A stretch of DNA of 64,000 nucleotides from an uncultured Planctomycetaceae bacterium (GTDB taxonomy: Bacteria > Planctomycetota > Planctomycetia > Isosphaerales > Isosphaeraceae), in NCBI GenBank assembly GCA_963833985.1, contig CAWIAD010000002.1:2048001-2112000 (forward strand), in the 5' to 3' direction. This document shows positions 1-11,547 of the stretch, piece after piece; the stretch's first letter is position 1, and each line of letters starts with the position of its first letter. Below the pieces are notes generated by a model. That model was not told the DNA's origin. It saw nothing but the letters and a program-made list of their open reading frames with translations, and made no database searches. Position numbers and translations under genes: made by a program.

Positions 1-50
1 GCACCGCGGCCGCCGTGGGTTGAGCCGCAATTTGGGGGTTTTTTCGTGCC

Positions 51-577
51 GGGATGATGGGAGCCGTAGGGTGGGTCGAGCGAAGCGAGGCCCACCAGCA
101 GCCGCGGGAATGCACGGAGAGATGAGATGAGCTGGTGGGCCTCGCTGTGCTCGACCCACCCTACGAATGATGAAAGAATACTTTGCGTGAGCGTGCTTCG
201 ATCTGTGGCCGGTGTGCTCACCTGGCGCGGATGATGGGAGCCGTAGGGTGGGTCGAGCGAAGCGAGGCCCACCAGCAGCCGCGGGAATGCACGGAGAGAT
301 CAGATGAGCTGGTGGGCCTCGCTGTGCTCGACCCACCCTACGAATGATGAAAGAATACTTTGTGTGAGCGTGCTTCGATCTGTGGCCGGTGTGCTCACCT
401 GGCGCGGATGATGGGAGCCGTAGGGTGGGTCGAGCGAAGCGAGGCCCACCAGCAGCTGCGGGAATGCACGGAGAGATGAGATGAGCTGGTGGGCCTCGCT
501 GTGCTCGACCCACCCTACGAATGATGAAAGAGAGGCTCGGAGTCGTAGGGTGGGTCGAGCGAAGCGAGGCCCACCAG
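51..577. repeat. GTAG-family REP array (BIME/REPIN-like): three ~177-bp tandem units, each an inverted REP doublet, plus a seventh solo REP
   Basis: GTAGGGTGGGTCGAGCGAAGCGAGGCCCACC starts at 66, 243, 420 and 545. Inverted copies (GGTGGGCCTCGCTGTGCTCGACCCACCCTAC) start at 134, 311 and 488. Linkers are near-identical between units. Confidence 0.85.
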
Positions 578-638
578 AACCCTGGGCCGGGCTGCTCACG
601 AGAGCGCGGTCCGCTGTCTTTACTGGAGAGCTTCAATC

Positions 639-2272
639 GTGACCCACCGCGTTCTGGTGACAGACAAGCTGGCCGAAGAGGGACTGGTGCTGCTACGCGC
701 CGAGAAGGGCATCGAAGTCATCGTCGACACGAAGCTGGCGAAAGATCCTCAGGCGCTCAAGGCGGCGCTTGCGGAAGCCGACGGCATCGCGGTCCGCTCG
801 GGAACACAACTGACCGCGGAGATCCTTCAAAACCAGCCGCGGCTCAAGGCCATCGTCCGCGCCGGGGTGGGCGTGGACAATATCGACGTCCCGGCCGCCA
901 CGCGCCAGGGCATCGTCGTGATGAACACGCCCGGCGGCAACACGGTCTCGACGGCCGAGCACACCATGGCGCTTTTGCTCGCGCTGGCGCGGAATGTGGC
1001 CCCGGCCAACGACAGCCTGAAGACCGGCAAGTGGGATCGGAATACGTTCACCGGCACGCAGCTCGAGGGGAAGACGCTGGGGGTGATCGGCCTGGGCCGG
1101 GTGGGACTGGCGGTCGCCCGCCGCGCCCTGGGTTTCGGCATGACCGTGGTCGGATTCGATCCCTTGCTCTCCGCCGAGAAGGCGCTCGAGCACGGCATCG
1201 AGAGCCTGCCGCGCCTCGACGAGCTCTGGCCGCGGTGCGACTTCATCACCCTGCACACGCCGCTGAACGCCGAGACTCGCCACCTCATCGACGCCCGCGC
1301 GATCGGCATGATGAAGCCCTCGGCGCGGATCATCAACTGCGCGCGGGGCGGCCTGATCGACGAGTCCGCGCTGGTCGAGGCGCTCTCCGGCGGCAAGCTG
1401 GCAGGGGCGGCCGTGGACGTTTTCGATCCCGAGCCACCGCCCGCGGATCTGCCGCTGGTGAAGCATCCCCGGGTCCTGGTCACCCCGCACCTCGGCGCCT
1501 CCACCGAGGAGGCCCAGGTTTCGGTCGCGGTGGAGGCTGCGCGCCTGCTTGCCGACTACCTGGTGAAAGGCCAGGTCCGGTTCGCCGTGAACATGCCCAC
1601 GCTTGACCGGGCCGAGCTCGAGGACGTGCGGCTCTATCTCGACCTGGCCTGGCGGCTGGGCATGCTGCATGCGCAGATGGACCGGGGAACCATCAAGAGC
1701 GCGCGGCTGATCTACCGCGGCGAGTCCGCGAGCAAGAACACCAGGCTGATCACCGCGAGCTTCGCCGCGGGGCTCATGGAGTCCGCGCTGGAGCAGCCGG
1801 TGAACCTCGTCAATGCGCTTTCCCTGCGCACGAGCGGGGCCTGGAAATCGAGGAGCGCGCGGCCGACGCCCCGGGCGATTTCGGCACCATGGTCCAGAGC
1901 GAGGTCACAACCGAGCGCAAGACCTACGTGGCCGCCGGCACGCTCTTCGGCAAGCAGTTCCTGCGGCTGGTGCGGCTCGGCTCGTACCCGCTGGATGCCC
2001 ATATCGACGGCACCTTGCTGGTCTTCACCCACGTGGACCGTCCCGGTCTCATCGGCTTCATCGGCAAGACGCTGGGGGACGAGGGTGTGAACATCGCGCA
2101 GATGAACGTGGGCCGCGAGCACCAGGGCGGCGAGGCGATCGGCGTGGTGAACCTCGACAGCATCCCGACACCGGCGGCCCTGGAGACCCTTCAGCAGCAT
2201 CCGCACATCCTCAGCCTGAGCGTGATCACGCTGCCCTCCCGGGGAACGCTCCCGGCATGGCTGTCACTCTGA
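639..2272 (+). CDS. serA: D-3-phosphoglycerate dehydrogenase (with ASB and ACT domains); one apparent frameshift near 1826
   Basis: RAGVGVDNID, GLGRVG, INCARGG and TPHLGAST motifs. The C-terminal ACT domain (DRPGLIGFIG...NIAQMNVGR) is in ORF 1889-2272. Adding one G at CTG(G)CGCAC restores LAHERGLEIEE...MVQ. Confidence 0.9.
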
Positions 2273-2306
2273 GCTTCCACGCCAATCGACAGGTGAGGAG
2301 ACGGTC

Positions 2307-2738
2307 ATGGATATCAAGTCGCTAAACCCAACCAAGCATGCGCTTACGCTCTTCGACGAATTCAAGAGCTTCGCCTTCAAGGGGAACGTGGTTGACCTGG
2401 CCATCGGCGTGATCATCGGCGGCGCGTTCGGCAACATCGTCAAGTCGCTGGTGGAGAATATCATCACGCCACTGGTGAGTATCATCTTGCCCGGCGAGAA
2501 TCGTCTCGAGGAACGGCACCTGACGCTCCTCGGGCACGTAATCCACTTCGGCAAGTTCCTGGCCGACCTCATGAATTTCATGATCGTGGCCGCGGCTCTC
2601 TTCCTCTTCGTGGTCAAGTTCCTGGGCTGGATCTTGCGGCTCAAGAAGGAGGAGGCAGCCCAGGCCCCGCCGGAGCCGACGAAAGAGGAACAGTTGCTCA
2701 CCGAGATACGCGATCTGCTCAAGCAGCGCACCGCCTGA
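2307..2738 (+). CDS. mscL: Large-conductance mechanosensitive channel
   Basis: EFKSFAFKGNVVDLAIGVIIGGAF and the C-terminal LLTEIRDLL; GAGGAG RBS. Confidence 0.95.
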   Translation: MDIKSLNPTKHALTLFDEFKSFAFKGNVVDLAIGVIIGGAFGNIVKSLVENIITPLVSIILPGENRLEERHLTLLGHVIHFGKFLADLMNFMIVAAALFLFVVKFLGWILRLKKEEAAQAPPEPTKEEQLLTEIRDLLKQRTA

Positions 2739-2744
2739 GCCCGT

Positions 2745-5206
2745 TCATCGGCCACCCAGTTCAAGCCGCGTGCGTTCCGCCGGCACTGAACTCTCGGGGA
2801 GCGCTGGCACGGGCAAGCGCGGCTGAGCAAGCAGGCGGACGGCATCTGTTCCCTCCGTGATTTCCACGAAGCTGTCCGGCTTCAGCCCGTGGAATGCCTG
2901 GCTTTTCCTGCTCGCCGGCCAGTTCACGGTGACCGCGGCAATCGATGCGGCATCTCCCAGCCCGATCAGTTGCACAAGGCTGCTTCCTCCATAGCTGGTG
3001 GCAGCACCGATCGTTCTGTAGATTGAACGAACGGTGCCGTCGGACTTTTGCAGATCAACGCGGAGATTTGCGCCGCAGCGCAGCGCGGTTGGTCTGCGTC
3101 CCCACCAGCTTGACCTTCAGCCAGTGCCTGTCATGCCCCGGGTTCTGAAAGAGCACGTTGTAGGCGGCATCTCCCGGTACGGCGCCACCGACTTCGAGGA
3201 AGAGGTCCAGGTTGCCGTCACAGTCCCAGTCGGCCAGGGAGACGCCGTGCCCCTTTTGCAGGTGTCCGGTGCCCGAAGATTCGCTCACGTCTTCAAAGCG
3301 CTCGCCGCCGACGTTCTTGTAAAGAATGGCGGGCATGAGCGCCGAGTAGTCGGGCCGTCCCGTGCCGAGATAGAGATCGAGAAAGCCGTCGTTGTCGATA
3401 TCGCCTATGCCCATTCCCATCGCCAGGACCACCTTGTCGAGGCCAGCCACAAGCGAGACGTCCTGGAAACCGGCCTTGCCCCGGTTCTTGAAGAGGCGCG
3501 GATGAGCGGCCTTGCCGTTGCTCTTTCCCAGGAAGGCTGTCGCCCAGTCGTTCATCGAGGCCGCGTAGTCGACCACGAAAAGATCAAGCAGTCCGTCGTT
3601 GTCGTAATCAAGGCAGCCGCATGTGAAGCTCACCAGCGGCTCGGTGATTCCCAGCCGCGGAGCCACGTCCTCGAAGGTCCACTCGCCACGGTTGTGGTAA
3701 AGCCGGTTCTCCTGCGCAATTGGAGACGAAGATGTCGAGCAGGCCATCGCCGTCAAAGTCGCCGCACACCGCGGCCTTGGCGTAGCGATCGTTGGTGACA
3801 CCCGCCTGCCTGGCGACGTTGACGAAGGTTCCGTCGCCCCGGCTGCGGTACAGCCGGCACTGGTTGATCTTGTCGCCCACCAGGACCGTATCGCCGGCAA
3901 AAAGTCCGTCGCCGCCGGCCGACGCGAATTCCCCGCAGACGAAGAGGTCGAGCCGGCCGTCGTTGTCGAAGTCGCCCCAGACGGCACAGTGCGAGGCGAT
4001 AGGCTCTCCCAGGCCAGCGGCCGCCGTGACATCCTCGAAGACCCCGTCTCCCTTGTTCCTGAGCAGTGACAGCGGCGCGGGGTTTTCCCAGCCGCCCCGT
4101 AGCATCACCACGTCGAGCAGTCCGTCGTTGTCGTAATCGGCTTGTGCGCAGTTGACCGAATAGACCTGTGCGCTCAGGCCCGCGTGCGACGACACGTCGT
4201 CGAATGACCCGTTGCCCCGATTCAGGAAGAGCGAAGCCCCCAGGTCCACATCATCCGAAGTCGTGAAGATGTCGGGCAGGTTGTCTCCGTTGAAATCATC
4301 GAAGATGCTGCCCCCGGCCAGGTTTGCTCCACGCGTGCTCAGGCCCGCCAGCGGCGCGATGTTGCGGAACCGGCCCACATCGATCCGCGACCGGAGTCCC
4401 TCCATCGGAATCAAGAACTCGGCGGGCACGCTCTCGGGATACTTGCCCAGCGTCATGTAAGCCACATTCAGCAACCAGCGCACGCCCATGTCCTCGGGCC
4501 GCTGGCGGAGGTACTCGGTGAATTGCTGGATCGCCGCGCTGGAGCCGGAGGTCTTCTGATGCACGGCCTGCCTGGAAAGCGGAAAAATGCAGCTCGATGG
4601 TCCGATGCACTCAATGCAGTTCTCGGTCTCTCCCCGCCTCAGATGGATCACGCCCAGCAGTGCCCGCAAGTTAATCTGAAGACCGTTCGGAGTGCCGGGT
4701 GCGCCCGCGTCGGCAATGGCCCGCTCGGTCCAGAGCGCCGCGTCGTTGAATTTCCCCTGGTACATCAGCAGCAAGATCAGCGAGTACTCGGCCTTGAGCC
4801 TGCGCACTGCCTGGTCAGGCACACCGTCGGGGACGGATCTCAGCTCTTCGAGGCAGGCGCGAATGCCACGCTCAGAGCGGGTTGCGATCGCCGCCCGGAC
4901 GTCCGCCAGCGAACTTCGGTCCGCGATCGGTCCCGTGAAACGGGTGGCGGTGCCGAAGCCGGCGTTCTCAAAGCCCTCGGTCGTGAACAGCGGAAAACGG
5001 AACTCTTGCGATGGCGACGGCTCGCTTCCCGCGTTCGCCGTCGCGGGCATCCACCGGGAGCCCGCACCATCATGTTCGCCCCCCAGGGCGACAGCAAGCT
5101 TCCCCAATCGCGCCACCGTTTCCGGCTGACTCAGCGCAAGAACGCCAAGTGTTGAGAGAACCAGGCAGATGCATCCAGCCAGTGTGAGCCGAAGCAGCAT
5201 TCTCAT
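2745..5206 (-). CDS. CRTAC1 / FG-GAP repeat + ASPIC-UnbV protein, split by apparent frameshifts (~3715, ~3070)
   Basis: Repeated DxDxDGxxD FG-GAP motifs, GETENC, GHLQKGHG, HWLKVKLVG and IGLG..V.WP, spread over ORFs 3608-5353, 3055-4032 and 2745-2975; N-terminal signal-like hydrophobic stretch. Confidence 0.8.
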
Positions 5207-5554
5207 CAGCCGTGCCTTTCGGAGACCAGGGCGACTTGCAGACGTGAGGCAGAGAATGTGAGCCCACCTCTTCATCTCAGAGCGGCAAAAAGCGAGCCGT
5301 GGCCCCGAATTTCTTAGGAGAACCGCACAGGGTTTGACTCGGTGCCCCGACACAGTGTCCCGGCGGTTTCTGAGATGGTGCCTCCGCGCTCGATCCGCGT
5401 CACGAGTCAGGTCGGAATTGCGGCCGGAGGGTGAGCCGAAAGCGAGTCGGGAATGTGAGAAGATGGGCAGGAAGATTTGTGCCCGGCGGTCTGGCGAAGC
5501 GCGGGGCTTCGCCAGATCGGGGAGGTGATGGATGTGCAGGAACTGTTTGGGTGC

Positions 5555-7030
5555 TCAGCCGAGAGCCACGGTCACCGTCTTGTGCTCGGTGTAGTTGTCG
5601 AGCGCCTTCTCGCCCAGCTCGCGGCCGAGTCCGCTGCTCTTGAAGCCGCCGAACGGGGCCGCGGCGTCAAACACGTCGTAGCAGTTGATCCATACCGTGC
5701 CCGCACGGATGCGGTTGGCGATCGCGTGGGCCTTGCCGATGTCACGCGTCCACACCGCCGCGGCCAGGCCGTAATCGGTATTGTTCGCGCGCTGGATCAC
5801 GTCTTCGATGTTCTTGAACTTGAGTACCTGCATCACCGGGCCAAAGATCTCATCGGTGGCGATGGCCATGGCGTCCTTGACGTCGGCGAAGACGGTGGGC
5901 TTGATGAAGTATCCCTTGTCGCCGAATCGCTCGCCCCCGCTGACGCACCGCGCCCCCTGTGCCTTGCCCTTCTCGATGTACGAGAGAATCTTCTTGAACT
6001 GACCCTCGTCGATCTGCGGCCCTTGCTCGGTGCTGGGATCAAACGGATCGCCCAGCTTGCGACTGGTGCTGCGCTCCGCAAGCCGCTCGACCATCTTGTC
6101 GTAGACCGGCTCCTCCACCAGCAGCCGGCTTCCCGCACAGCAGCACTGGCCCTGGTTCAGGAACAGGCCGAGCATGGCCCCGTCCACCGCGGCATCCAGG
6201 TCGGCGTCGGCAAAGACGATGTTCGGGCTCTTGCCGCCCAGCTCGAGGGTCACGCGCTTGAGCGAATCGGCCGCGCTCTTCATGATGATCTTGCCGGTCG
6301 TCGTCTCGCCCGTGAAGGCGATCTTGTCGACGCCCTTGTGCGCCACCAGCGGTGCGCCAGCCGTCTCTCCGAAGCCGGGAACGATGTTGATCACACCCTC
6401 GGGGAAGCCCGCCTCGAGTGCCAGTTCGCCCATCCGCAGCGCCGTGAGCGGAGTCTGCTCGGCCGGCTTGAGCACCACGGTGCAGCCGGCGGCCAGGGCC
6501 GGGCCCCATTTCCAGGCCACCATGAGCATCGGGAAGTTCCAGGGGATGATCTGCCCGACCACCCCCACCGGCTCACGCCGGGAGTAGCAGAAAAAGTTGC
6601 CGCGGACGGGAATGGTCTGGCCGTGGATCTTGTCGGCCCAGCCGGCATAGTAGCGCAGGCAGTCGATGACCAGGGGCAGGTCACCGTTGCGGCTCTCGCT
6701 GATCGGCTTGCCGTTGTCGAGCGTCTCGAGCTCGGCCAGCTCGTCGATGTGCTCCTCGATCAGGTCAGCCAGCTTGAACATGAGCCGGCCGCGGTCACGC
6801 GCATCCATCTTGCTCCAGGGCCCGCACTCGAACGCCTTGCGTGCGGCCTTGACGGCCAGGTCGATGTCGGCCGCGTCACCCTCGGCCACCTGGGCGATGA
6901 CCTCCTCGGTCGCGGGATTGATCGTCGCGAACGTCTTGCCGCTCTGGCTGTCGCGGAACTTCCCATCGATCAGGAGCCTGGTCTGAAAGGAAGGGGCCGC
7001 CTTGCGGCGCGGTTCGGTCACGGTGGCCAT
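5555..7030 (-). CDS. NAD(P)-dependent aldehyde dehydrogenase
   Basis: [33 protein letters not shown] and DEIFGP motifs; start MATV chosen from the AAAGGAA RBS. Confidence 0.95.
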   Translation of the reverse strand: MATVTEPRRKAAPSFQTRLLIDGKFRDSQSGKTFATINPATEEVIAQVAEGDAADIDLAVKAARKAFECGPWSKMDARDRGRLMFKLADLIEEHIDELAELETLDNGKPISESRNGDLPLVIDCLRYYAGWADKIHGQTIPVRGNFFCYSRREPVGVVGQIIPWNFPMLMVAWKWGPALAAGCTVVLKPAEQTPLTALRMGELALEAGFPEGVINIVPGFGETAGAPLVAHKGVDKIAFTGETTTGKIIMKSAADSLKRVTLELGGKSPNIVFADADLDAAVDGAMLGLFLNQGQCCCAGSRLLVEEPVYDKMVERLAERSTSRKLGDPFDPSTEQGPQIDEGQFKKILSYIEKGKAQGARCVSGGERFGDKGYFIKPTVFADVKDAMAIATDEIFGPVMQVLKFKNIEDVIQRANNTDYGLAAAVWTRDIGKAHAIANRIRAGTVWINCYDVFDAAAPFGGFKSSGLGRELGEKALDNYTEHKTVTVALG

Positions 7031-7300
7031 GAGTCGAGTTCCTTTCATCGGAGCGAGTCGCGGCACATGGGGAGAGGGATTGCCGCCTTTGCGCGTCCGC
7101 GCCAGGCAGGCCGCTACGGGCATCTTACGGGTCGGCCTGGTACCATTCAAGGTAAAGCCCGCTCCTGGTCCAGGGGGGCTCACTTCCGTCTCTCGCTGAT
7201 CGCGTGTCGTGGTTTCGGCGGGAGAATCCAAAATCGTCGGAACCGAGAGCCTTCAGGCTGCACTCTCAGAGATGGATCACCTGTTCGGGAGATGTCGGTC

Positions 7301-9274
7301 ATGTCTCAGGGAGACCTCGCCCCGGTGCAATCGTCGCTGGTGCGCCTGCTCACTCATGGAACCATGACAGGGGCAGGCGAAAGCCAGATCCTGGAGCGAT
7401 TCCTCGCGCACGACGATGATTCCGCGTTTGAAGCTCTCCTTACGAGGCACGGCCCGATGGTGCTGGCGACCTGCCACCGCATCCTCGACGATCCGCACGA
7501 TGTGGAAGACGCCTTCCAGGCCACGTTCCTGGTGCTGGTCCGCAAGGCCCCATCGATCCGCGACCAGGCCGTGCTTGGTCCATGGCTTCATGGTGTGGCC
7601 CGGCGGGTTGCCGTGCGGTGCCGGGCGAATACCCGGCGCAGGCGGCAACGCGAACGTTCGGGCATGGAGATGACCACGTGGGAAGATCGCCGCGCAGACC
7701 ATTCCGACGCACATGAGCTTCGCGCCGTCATCGATGAGGAAGTGGCCCGACTGCCCGAGCACTATCGGCGAGCCCTTATCCTGTGCGACCTGGAAGGCCA
7801 GACTCAGGAGCAGGCGGCGGCGCAGTTGTGCTGTGCGGTCGGCACCGTCAAGAGCCGCCTGGCACGGGGTCGCGACAGGCTGCGGTCGCGCCTGGCACGC
7901 CGCGGCCTGGCCTCGTCGGCGGCCGTTGTGGCCCGGACGCTGGCACCCGAGCCGGCCTCGGCGGTCACTGCCGAATTGCTGAAGTCGACACTTTCGGCCG
8001 CGACCCGGTTTTCGATGTCAGGCGGCACGACAGCCGGGACCGTCTCGGCTGCGGTCGCCACGCTCGTTCAAGAAACCCTCAGGAGCATGAGCATGAACGC
8101 ATTCAAATTCGCCACGGCCCTGCTGACGGCTACGGGGCTCGTCGCCACCGGCGCGGGCGTGCTGGCCTACCAGGCACCCGGAAAGGCCGCACCCCTGCCA
8201 GCGGCCGGAGCGGATCTCAAGAAGGCGGAACCTGCCACCAACCCGAGCCCCGAAACCAGGAAAGTCGAGGCCGGAACTGAAACGTCTGAGACTCGATCGA
8301 TCGAGGATCTGGCCAGGGCACGATTGAGGGTGGCGGAGAACATCCTGAATCGAAATCAGGCATTGGGCGTGGAGGGTCCGTTCGCCGATGAGAGTTTCGA
8401 TTTCGTCCGCACCAGCGCGCTCCGCGTGCTGGAGGCCGAGCGCGACCTGCATCGCGACCGGGCCGGCCAGATCGCTGCGCTCGAGCGTTACCTCAAGACC
8501 GTCAAGGAACTCGAGGCCAAGACACGGTCGCTCGCCGATTCCAACAGGGTGTTAGCGGGAGAGTACTATCGCCTCGAGGCCGAGATGTGGCTCGCGGAAG
8601 CCCGCGAAGGCAAGGATACGAAACGCCCCGGTCCGAACCTCGGAGCTTCCGCCGGCGCGGGCGTTCGCCCTGGCACCGATCCGAAGTCCCAGGTGCTGCT
8701 GTCGCGGCTGGAAGAGACCATCCCGATGCGGTTTGCCAACCCGACGCCGCTGGGCGACGTGCTCAAGTACATTGAAGCCGCCACGTCGAGTCACGGCCGC
8801 GAACCGATCCAGATCTACGTCGATCCGGTCGATTTCTCGGACGGTGAGAACAAGAGTGGAGACCTCATGAAGAGCCCCATCACGATGGATCTGGAGGGGG
8901 TCCCCTTGCGGCGAGTTCTCAAGTTCATTGCCGAGCAACTCGGCATGGGTTACGGCATCAAGGACGGCATGGTGACGATGCGGCCGCCCGACATGCGCAA
9001 ACGCAACTGGCAAGAGCTGCTGGTGATGGAAGAGTCGTTCCCGGAGTCGTCGCCGCTGGCGACCGAGGTCGAACGGGCGCGGCGCGGTGAACTGAGTACC
9101 GCCGAACTCGAGCAGTTGAACGAGAAGATGCAGGCCATCGAGGCCGTGACCAGGCGCTACTCCGAGATCCGGACCGTGCTGCGGCCGGGGATGGGCATGA
9201 TGATGAACCGTCCCGCGGGTGTGACGCCCGGAAGCCCGGCGCAAGTGGGTCAGCCTGGTGGACCTGCCAGGTGA
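7301..9274 (+). CDS. ECF sigma-70 factor with long C-terminal extension (planctomycete type)
   Basis: AFEALLTRHGPMV, DAFQATFLVL, WLHGVARR and GTVKSRLARGR, followed by a TM-like segment and a putative extracytoplasmic domain. Confidence 0.88.
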   Translation: MSQGDLAPVQSSLVRLLTHGTMTGAGESQILERFLAHDDDSAFEALLTRHGPMVLATCHRILDDPHDVEDAFQATFLVLVRKAPSIRDQAVLGPWLHGVARRVAVRCRANTRRRRQRERSGMEMTTWEDRRADHSDAHELRAVIDEEVARLPEHYRRALILCDLEGQTQEQAAAQLCCAVGTVKSRLARGRDRLRSRLARRGLASSAAVVARTLAPEPASAVTAELLKSTLSAATRFSMSGGTTAGTVSAAVATLVQETLRSMSMNAFKFATALLTATGLVATGAGVLAYQAPGKAAPLPAAGADLKKAEPATNPSPETRKVEAGTETSETRSIEDLARARLRVAENILNRNQALGVEGPFADESFDFVRTSALRVLEAERDLHRDRAGQIAALERYLKTVKELEAKTRSLADSNRVLAGEYYRLEAEMWLAEAREGKDTKRPGPNLGASAGAGVRPGTDPKSQVLLSRLEETIPMRFANPTPLGDVLKYIEAATSSHGREPIQIYVDPVDFSDGENKSGDLMKSPITMDLEGVPLRRVLKFIAEQLGMGYGIKDGMVTMRPPDMRKRNWQELLVMEESFPESSPLATEVERARRGELSTAELEQLNEKMQAIEAVTRRYSEIRTVLRPGMGMMMNRPAGVTPGSPAQVGQPGGPAR

Positions 9275-9311
9275 CGGAATCAAGATCTGTCCCGCATCCA
9301 GCTCGGATGGC

Positions 9312-10295
9312 TCAGTAGCTCGATGCGCTGATGACCTCGCCCCCGGCGATCGTCCCGACCGCCGTCCACAATCTCGGCTCGATCGAGTCCTTGATGAACC
9401 GCACAGCGCCGTCGACCGTCGCCAGATTCACTCCTCCCGGGTGCCGGCTCGATGCGGTGTCAACGACCGGGCAGCCGTGATCGGTCGTGCCGCCCAGCAG
9501 ACAGCTTGGCTGGTTGGGCGGCAAGATGTGATTGTAGCGCGTGTAGAAGAGAGCCCCGTCGCCCCAGCGCTGGCCTGAAAGCTCGTGCGGCACGGTATAG
9601 CGGGAGGTGAACCCGGGAGTCAGGTTCTGGCAGGCAGCCTGGTTCCGACCGATCAGGTAGAAGTCGGCTCTCATGTCAGTGAACGCGGCGGTGCCCAGGC
9701 AACGCTCGCTGAAGAGTGCGGTGTTGGAAGTCCCGTCGGTCACCTGGGCAACCCGCACGGCACTCTGGTACCAGAAGATTCCCGTGTTCCGGCCGGTACC
9801 GTCGGGCGAGTCGGCCGCCAGGTTGTAAGGAAGCGTGCCCGCGTTGCCGCGATAGCTGTTGTGCCCCAGGTCGTACGGATCGGCGCTCCAGTCCGGGTCG
9901 GAAGGGCACAAGAAGGAAGAGACCTTCGTGGCCAGGGCCGTCTGGTTGGGCGGTCCGTAAACGGGGTCGGCCATCCAGGCGACACCGCTCAGATTGATTG
10001 CGTTGTACAGGCCGGTCTGCTCGAGTTGAGGCAGGAGCTGCGATTGGGTTGACCAGCGCGGTACGCGTCCCGGGCCCGGCGGCGCACTGCCGCCCACACC
10101 ATAGGGATAGACGCCGTGAGTCGACTCGTAATTCGCCGTCGCCAGTGCCAGTTGCTTGAGGTTGCACACGCACTGGGCCCGCCGCGCGGCTTCGCGAGAG
10201 GATGCCACCGCGGGCACGAGAAGACCGCAGAGGATCCCGATGATCAGGATCACGACCATCAGCTCCAGTAGCGTGAAGCCACGATTCCGGCCCAT
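9312..10295 (-). CDS. DUF1559 prepilin-type / H-X9-DG protein
   Basis: GFTLLELMVV prepilin motif, REAARRAQCVCNLKQ, DGTSNT, and SRHPGGVNLATVDG. Confidence 0.93.
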   Translation of the reverse strand: MGRNRGFTLLELMVVILIIGILCGLLVPAVASSREAARRAQCVCNLKQLALATANYESTHGVYPYGVGGSAPPGPGRVPRWSTQSQLLPQLEQTGLYNAINLSGVAWMADPVYGPPNQTALATKVSSFLCPSDPDWSADPYDLGHNSYRGNAGTLPYNLAADSPDGTGRNTGIFWYQSAVRVAQVTDGTSNTALFSERCLGTAAFTDMRADFYLIGRNQAACQNLTPGFTSRYTVPHELSGQRWGDGALFYTRYNHILPPNQPSCLLGGTTDHGCPVVDTASSRHPGGVNLATVDGAVRFIKDSIEPRLWTAVGTIAGGEVISASSY

Positions 10296-10386
10296 GACGC
10301 ACCTCCGGAAAAACGTCTTCGGCGTTCGAAGTGTCCCTCTATCTTACATTTGTCATTGAATCTTTCAAGACGCTGGTGGTGAACCT

Positions 10387-11478
10387 TCACCACTTATCGA
10401 TGGGTCCGGCCGGCACGGGGACGTGCAGATCGAAGTGGCCGGGCAGGCCGCTGGACGGACCGGTGTCGCGGACGGCGGCGAGTGTCTCGTCGAAGAGCGC
10501 GGCGCTGGAAAGCTGGACGAGGCGCAGGTAGAACGGCTTCGGCATGCGCGTGAAGTGGTAATACCACTTGAGGATCTTGCGAAACTGGAGGCAGGCGTAG
10601 AACTCGCCGCGGCGGTCGACCAGGCCATGAAAATGGCGGCTCATCAGGTCCAGACGTTCTTCGAAGCTCGGTTCCGGGCCGGTGGTGCCGGTGCGTACCC
10701 AGCAGGCGAGCTGGCGGAAGAAGTAGGGATTGGCCAGAGCGCCGCGGCCAATCGAGACCGCCGCGCAGCCGGTCTCCTGGAACATCCGCGCCGCGTCCGC
10801 GATGGTCCGCACGTCGCCATTGGCGATCACAGGGATGCGCTCGACGGCCTCGACCACGGCGCGGATGCCTGCGCGGTTCACCGCGCCTGAGAAACCCTGG
10901 GCACGCGTCCGGCCGTGCACGATGACCCCGGCCGCGCCCACCTGCTCGAAGGCGCGCGCCAGCTCCGGCGCGGTGAGCGATTCGTCGTCCCACCCCAGAC
11001 GCATCTTGATGGTGACCGGCACGGTCACGGCGCGCACCACGGCGGCCACCAGCTCGACGGCGCGATCGACCTGGCACATGAGGGCGGACCCGCCACCGCT
11101 ACGAACCACCTTCCGGACCGGGCATCCCATGTTGATATCGACAACGCTTGCCCCGTTTCCCTGCACCCAGCGCGCGGCTTGCTCCATCTCGGCGATCACG
11201 TGTCCGTAGATCTGGATGGCCAGCGGGCGGTCGGCCGGGCAGGTCTCGGCCAGCTCGATCGCCCGGCGCCGTTTTTCGATGAGCGATCGGGCGTTGACCA
11301 GGTCGGTGGTCGCCAGCCCGAGCCCGCCACACTGACGCACGGCCAGCCGAAACGCCAGGCTGGTGTAACCGGCCAGCGGTGCCAGGAAGAATCGCGAGGG
11401 CATTGCGACACCGCCCAGCTCAAGCGGCTCGCGGACAATCGCCGGCGCCGAGGGGTACAATGCGGGCAGGTGTGACAA
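10387..11478 (-). CDS. dusB: tRNA-dihydrouridine synthase
   Basis: LAPLAG, DINMGCP, KMRLGW, VHGRT, IANGD and IGRGALANP motifs. Confidence 0.88.
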   Translation of the reverse strand: MSHLPALYPSAPAIVREPLELGGVAMPSRFFLAPLAGYTSLAFRLAVRQCGGLGLATTDLVNARSLIEKRRRAIELAETCPADRPLAIQIYGHVIAEMEQAARWVQGNGASVVDINMGCPVRKVVRSGGGSALMCQVDRAVELVAAVVRAVTVPVTIKMRLGWDDESLTAPELARAFEQVGAAGVIVHGRTRAQGFSGAVNRAGIRAVVEAVERIPVIANGDVRTIADAARMFQETGCAAVSIGRGALANPYFFRQLACWVRTGTTGPEPSFEERLDLMSRHFHGLVDRRGEFYACLQFRKILKWYYHFTRMPKPFYLRLVQLSSAALFDETLAAVRDTGPSSGLPGHFDLHVPVPAGPIDKW

Positions 11479-11547
11479 CGGGCTGACCTCCTGGAGACGC
11501 CGGACGGCTCGAAAACCTTATTCTATTGGTGCGGACCCTGAGACACG

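Noticed and set aside
51..577. CRISPR array
   Set aside because: Repeats alternate in orientation, the intervening sequences are near-identical rather than unique spacers, and no cas genes are present
5477..7300. N-terminal ~600 aa of the 1265-aa ORF as an ALDH-overlapping sigma fusion
   Set aside because: It is the antisense shadow of the aldehyde dehydrogenase in GC-rich DNA; sigma similarity starts at ~7301
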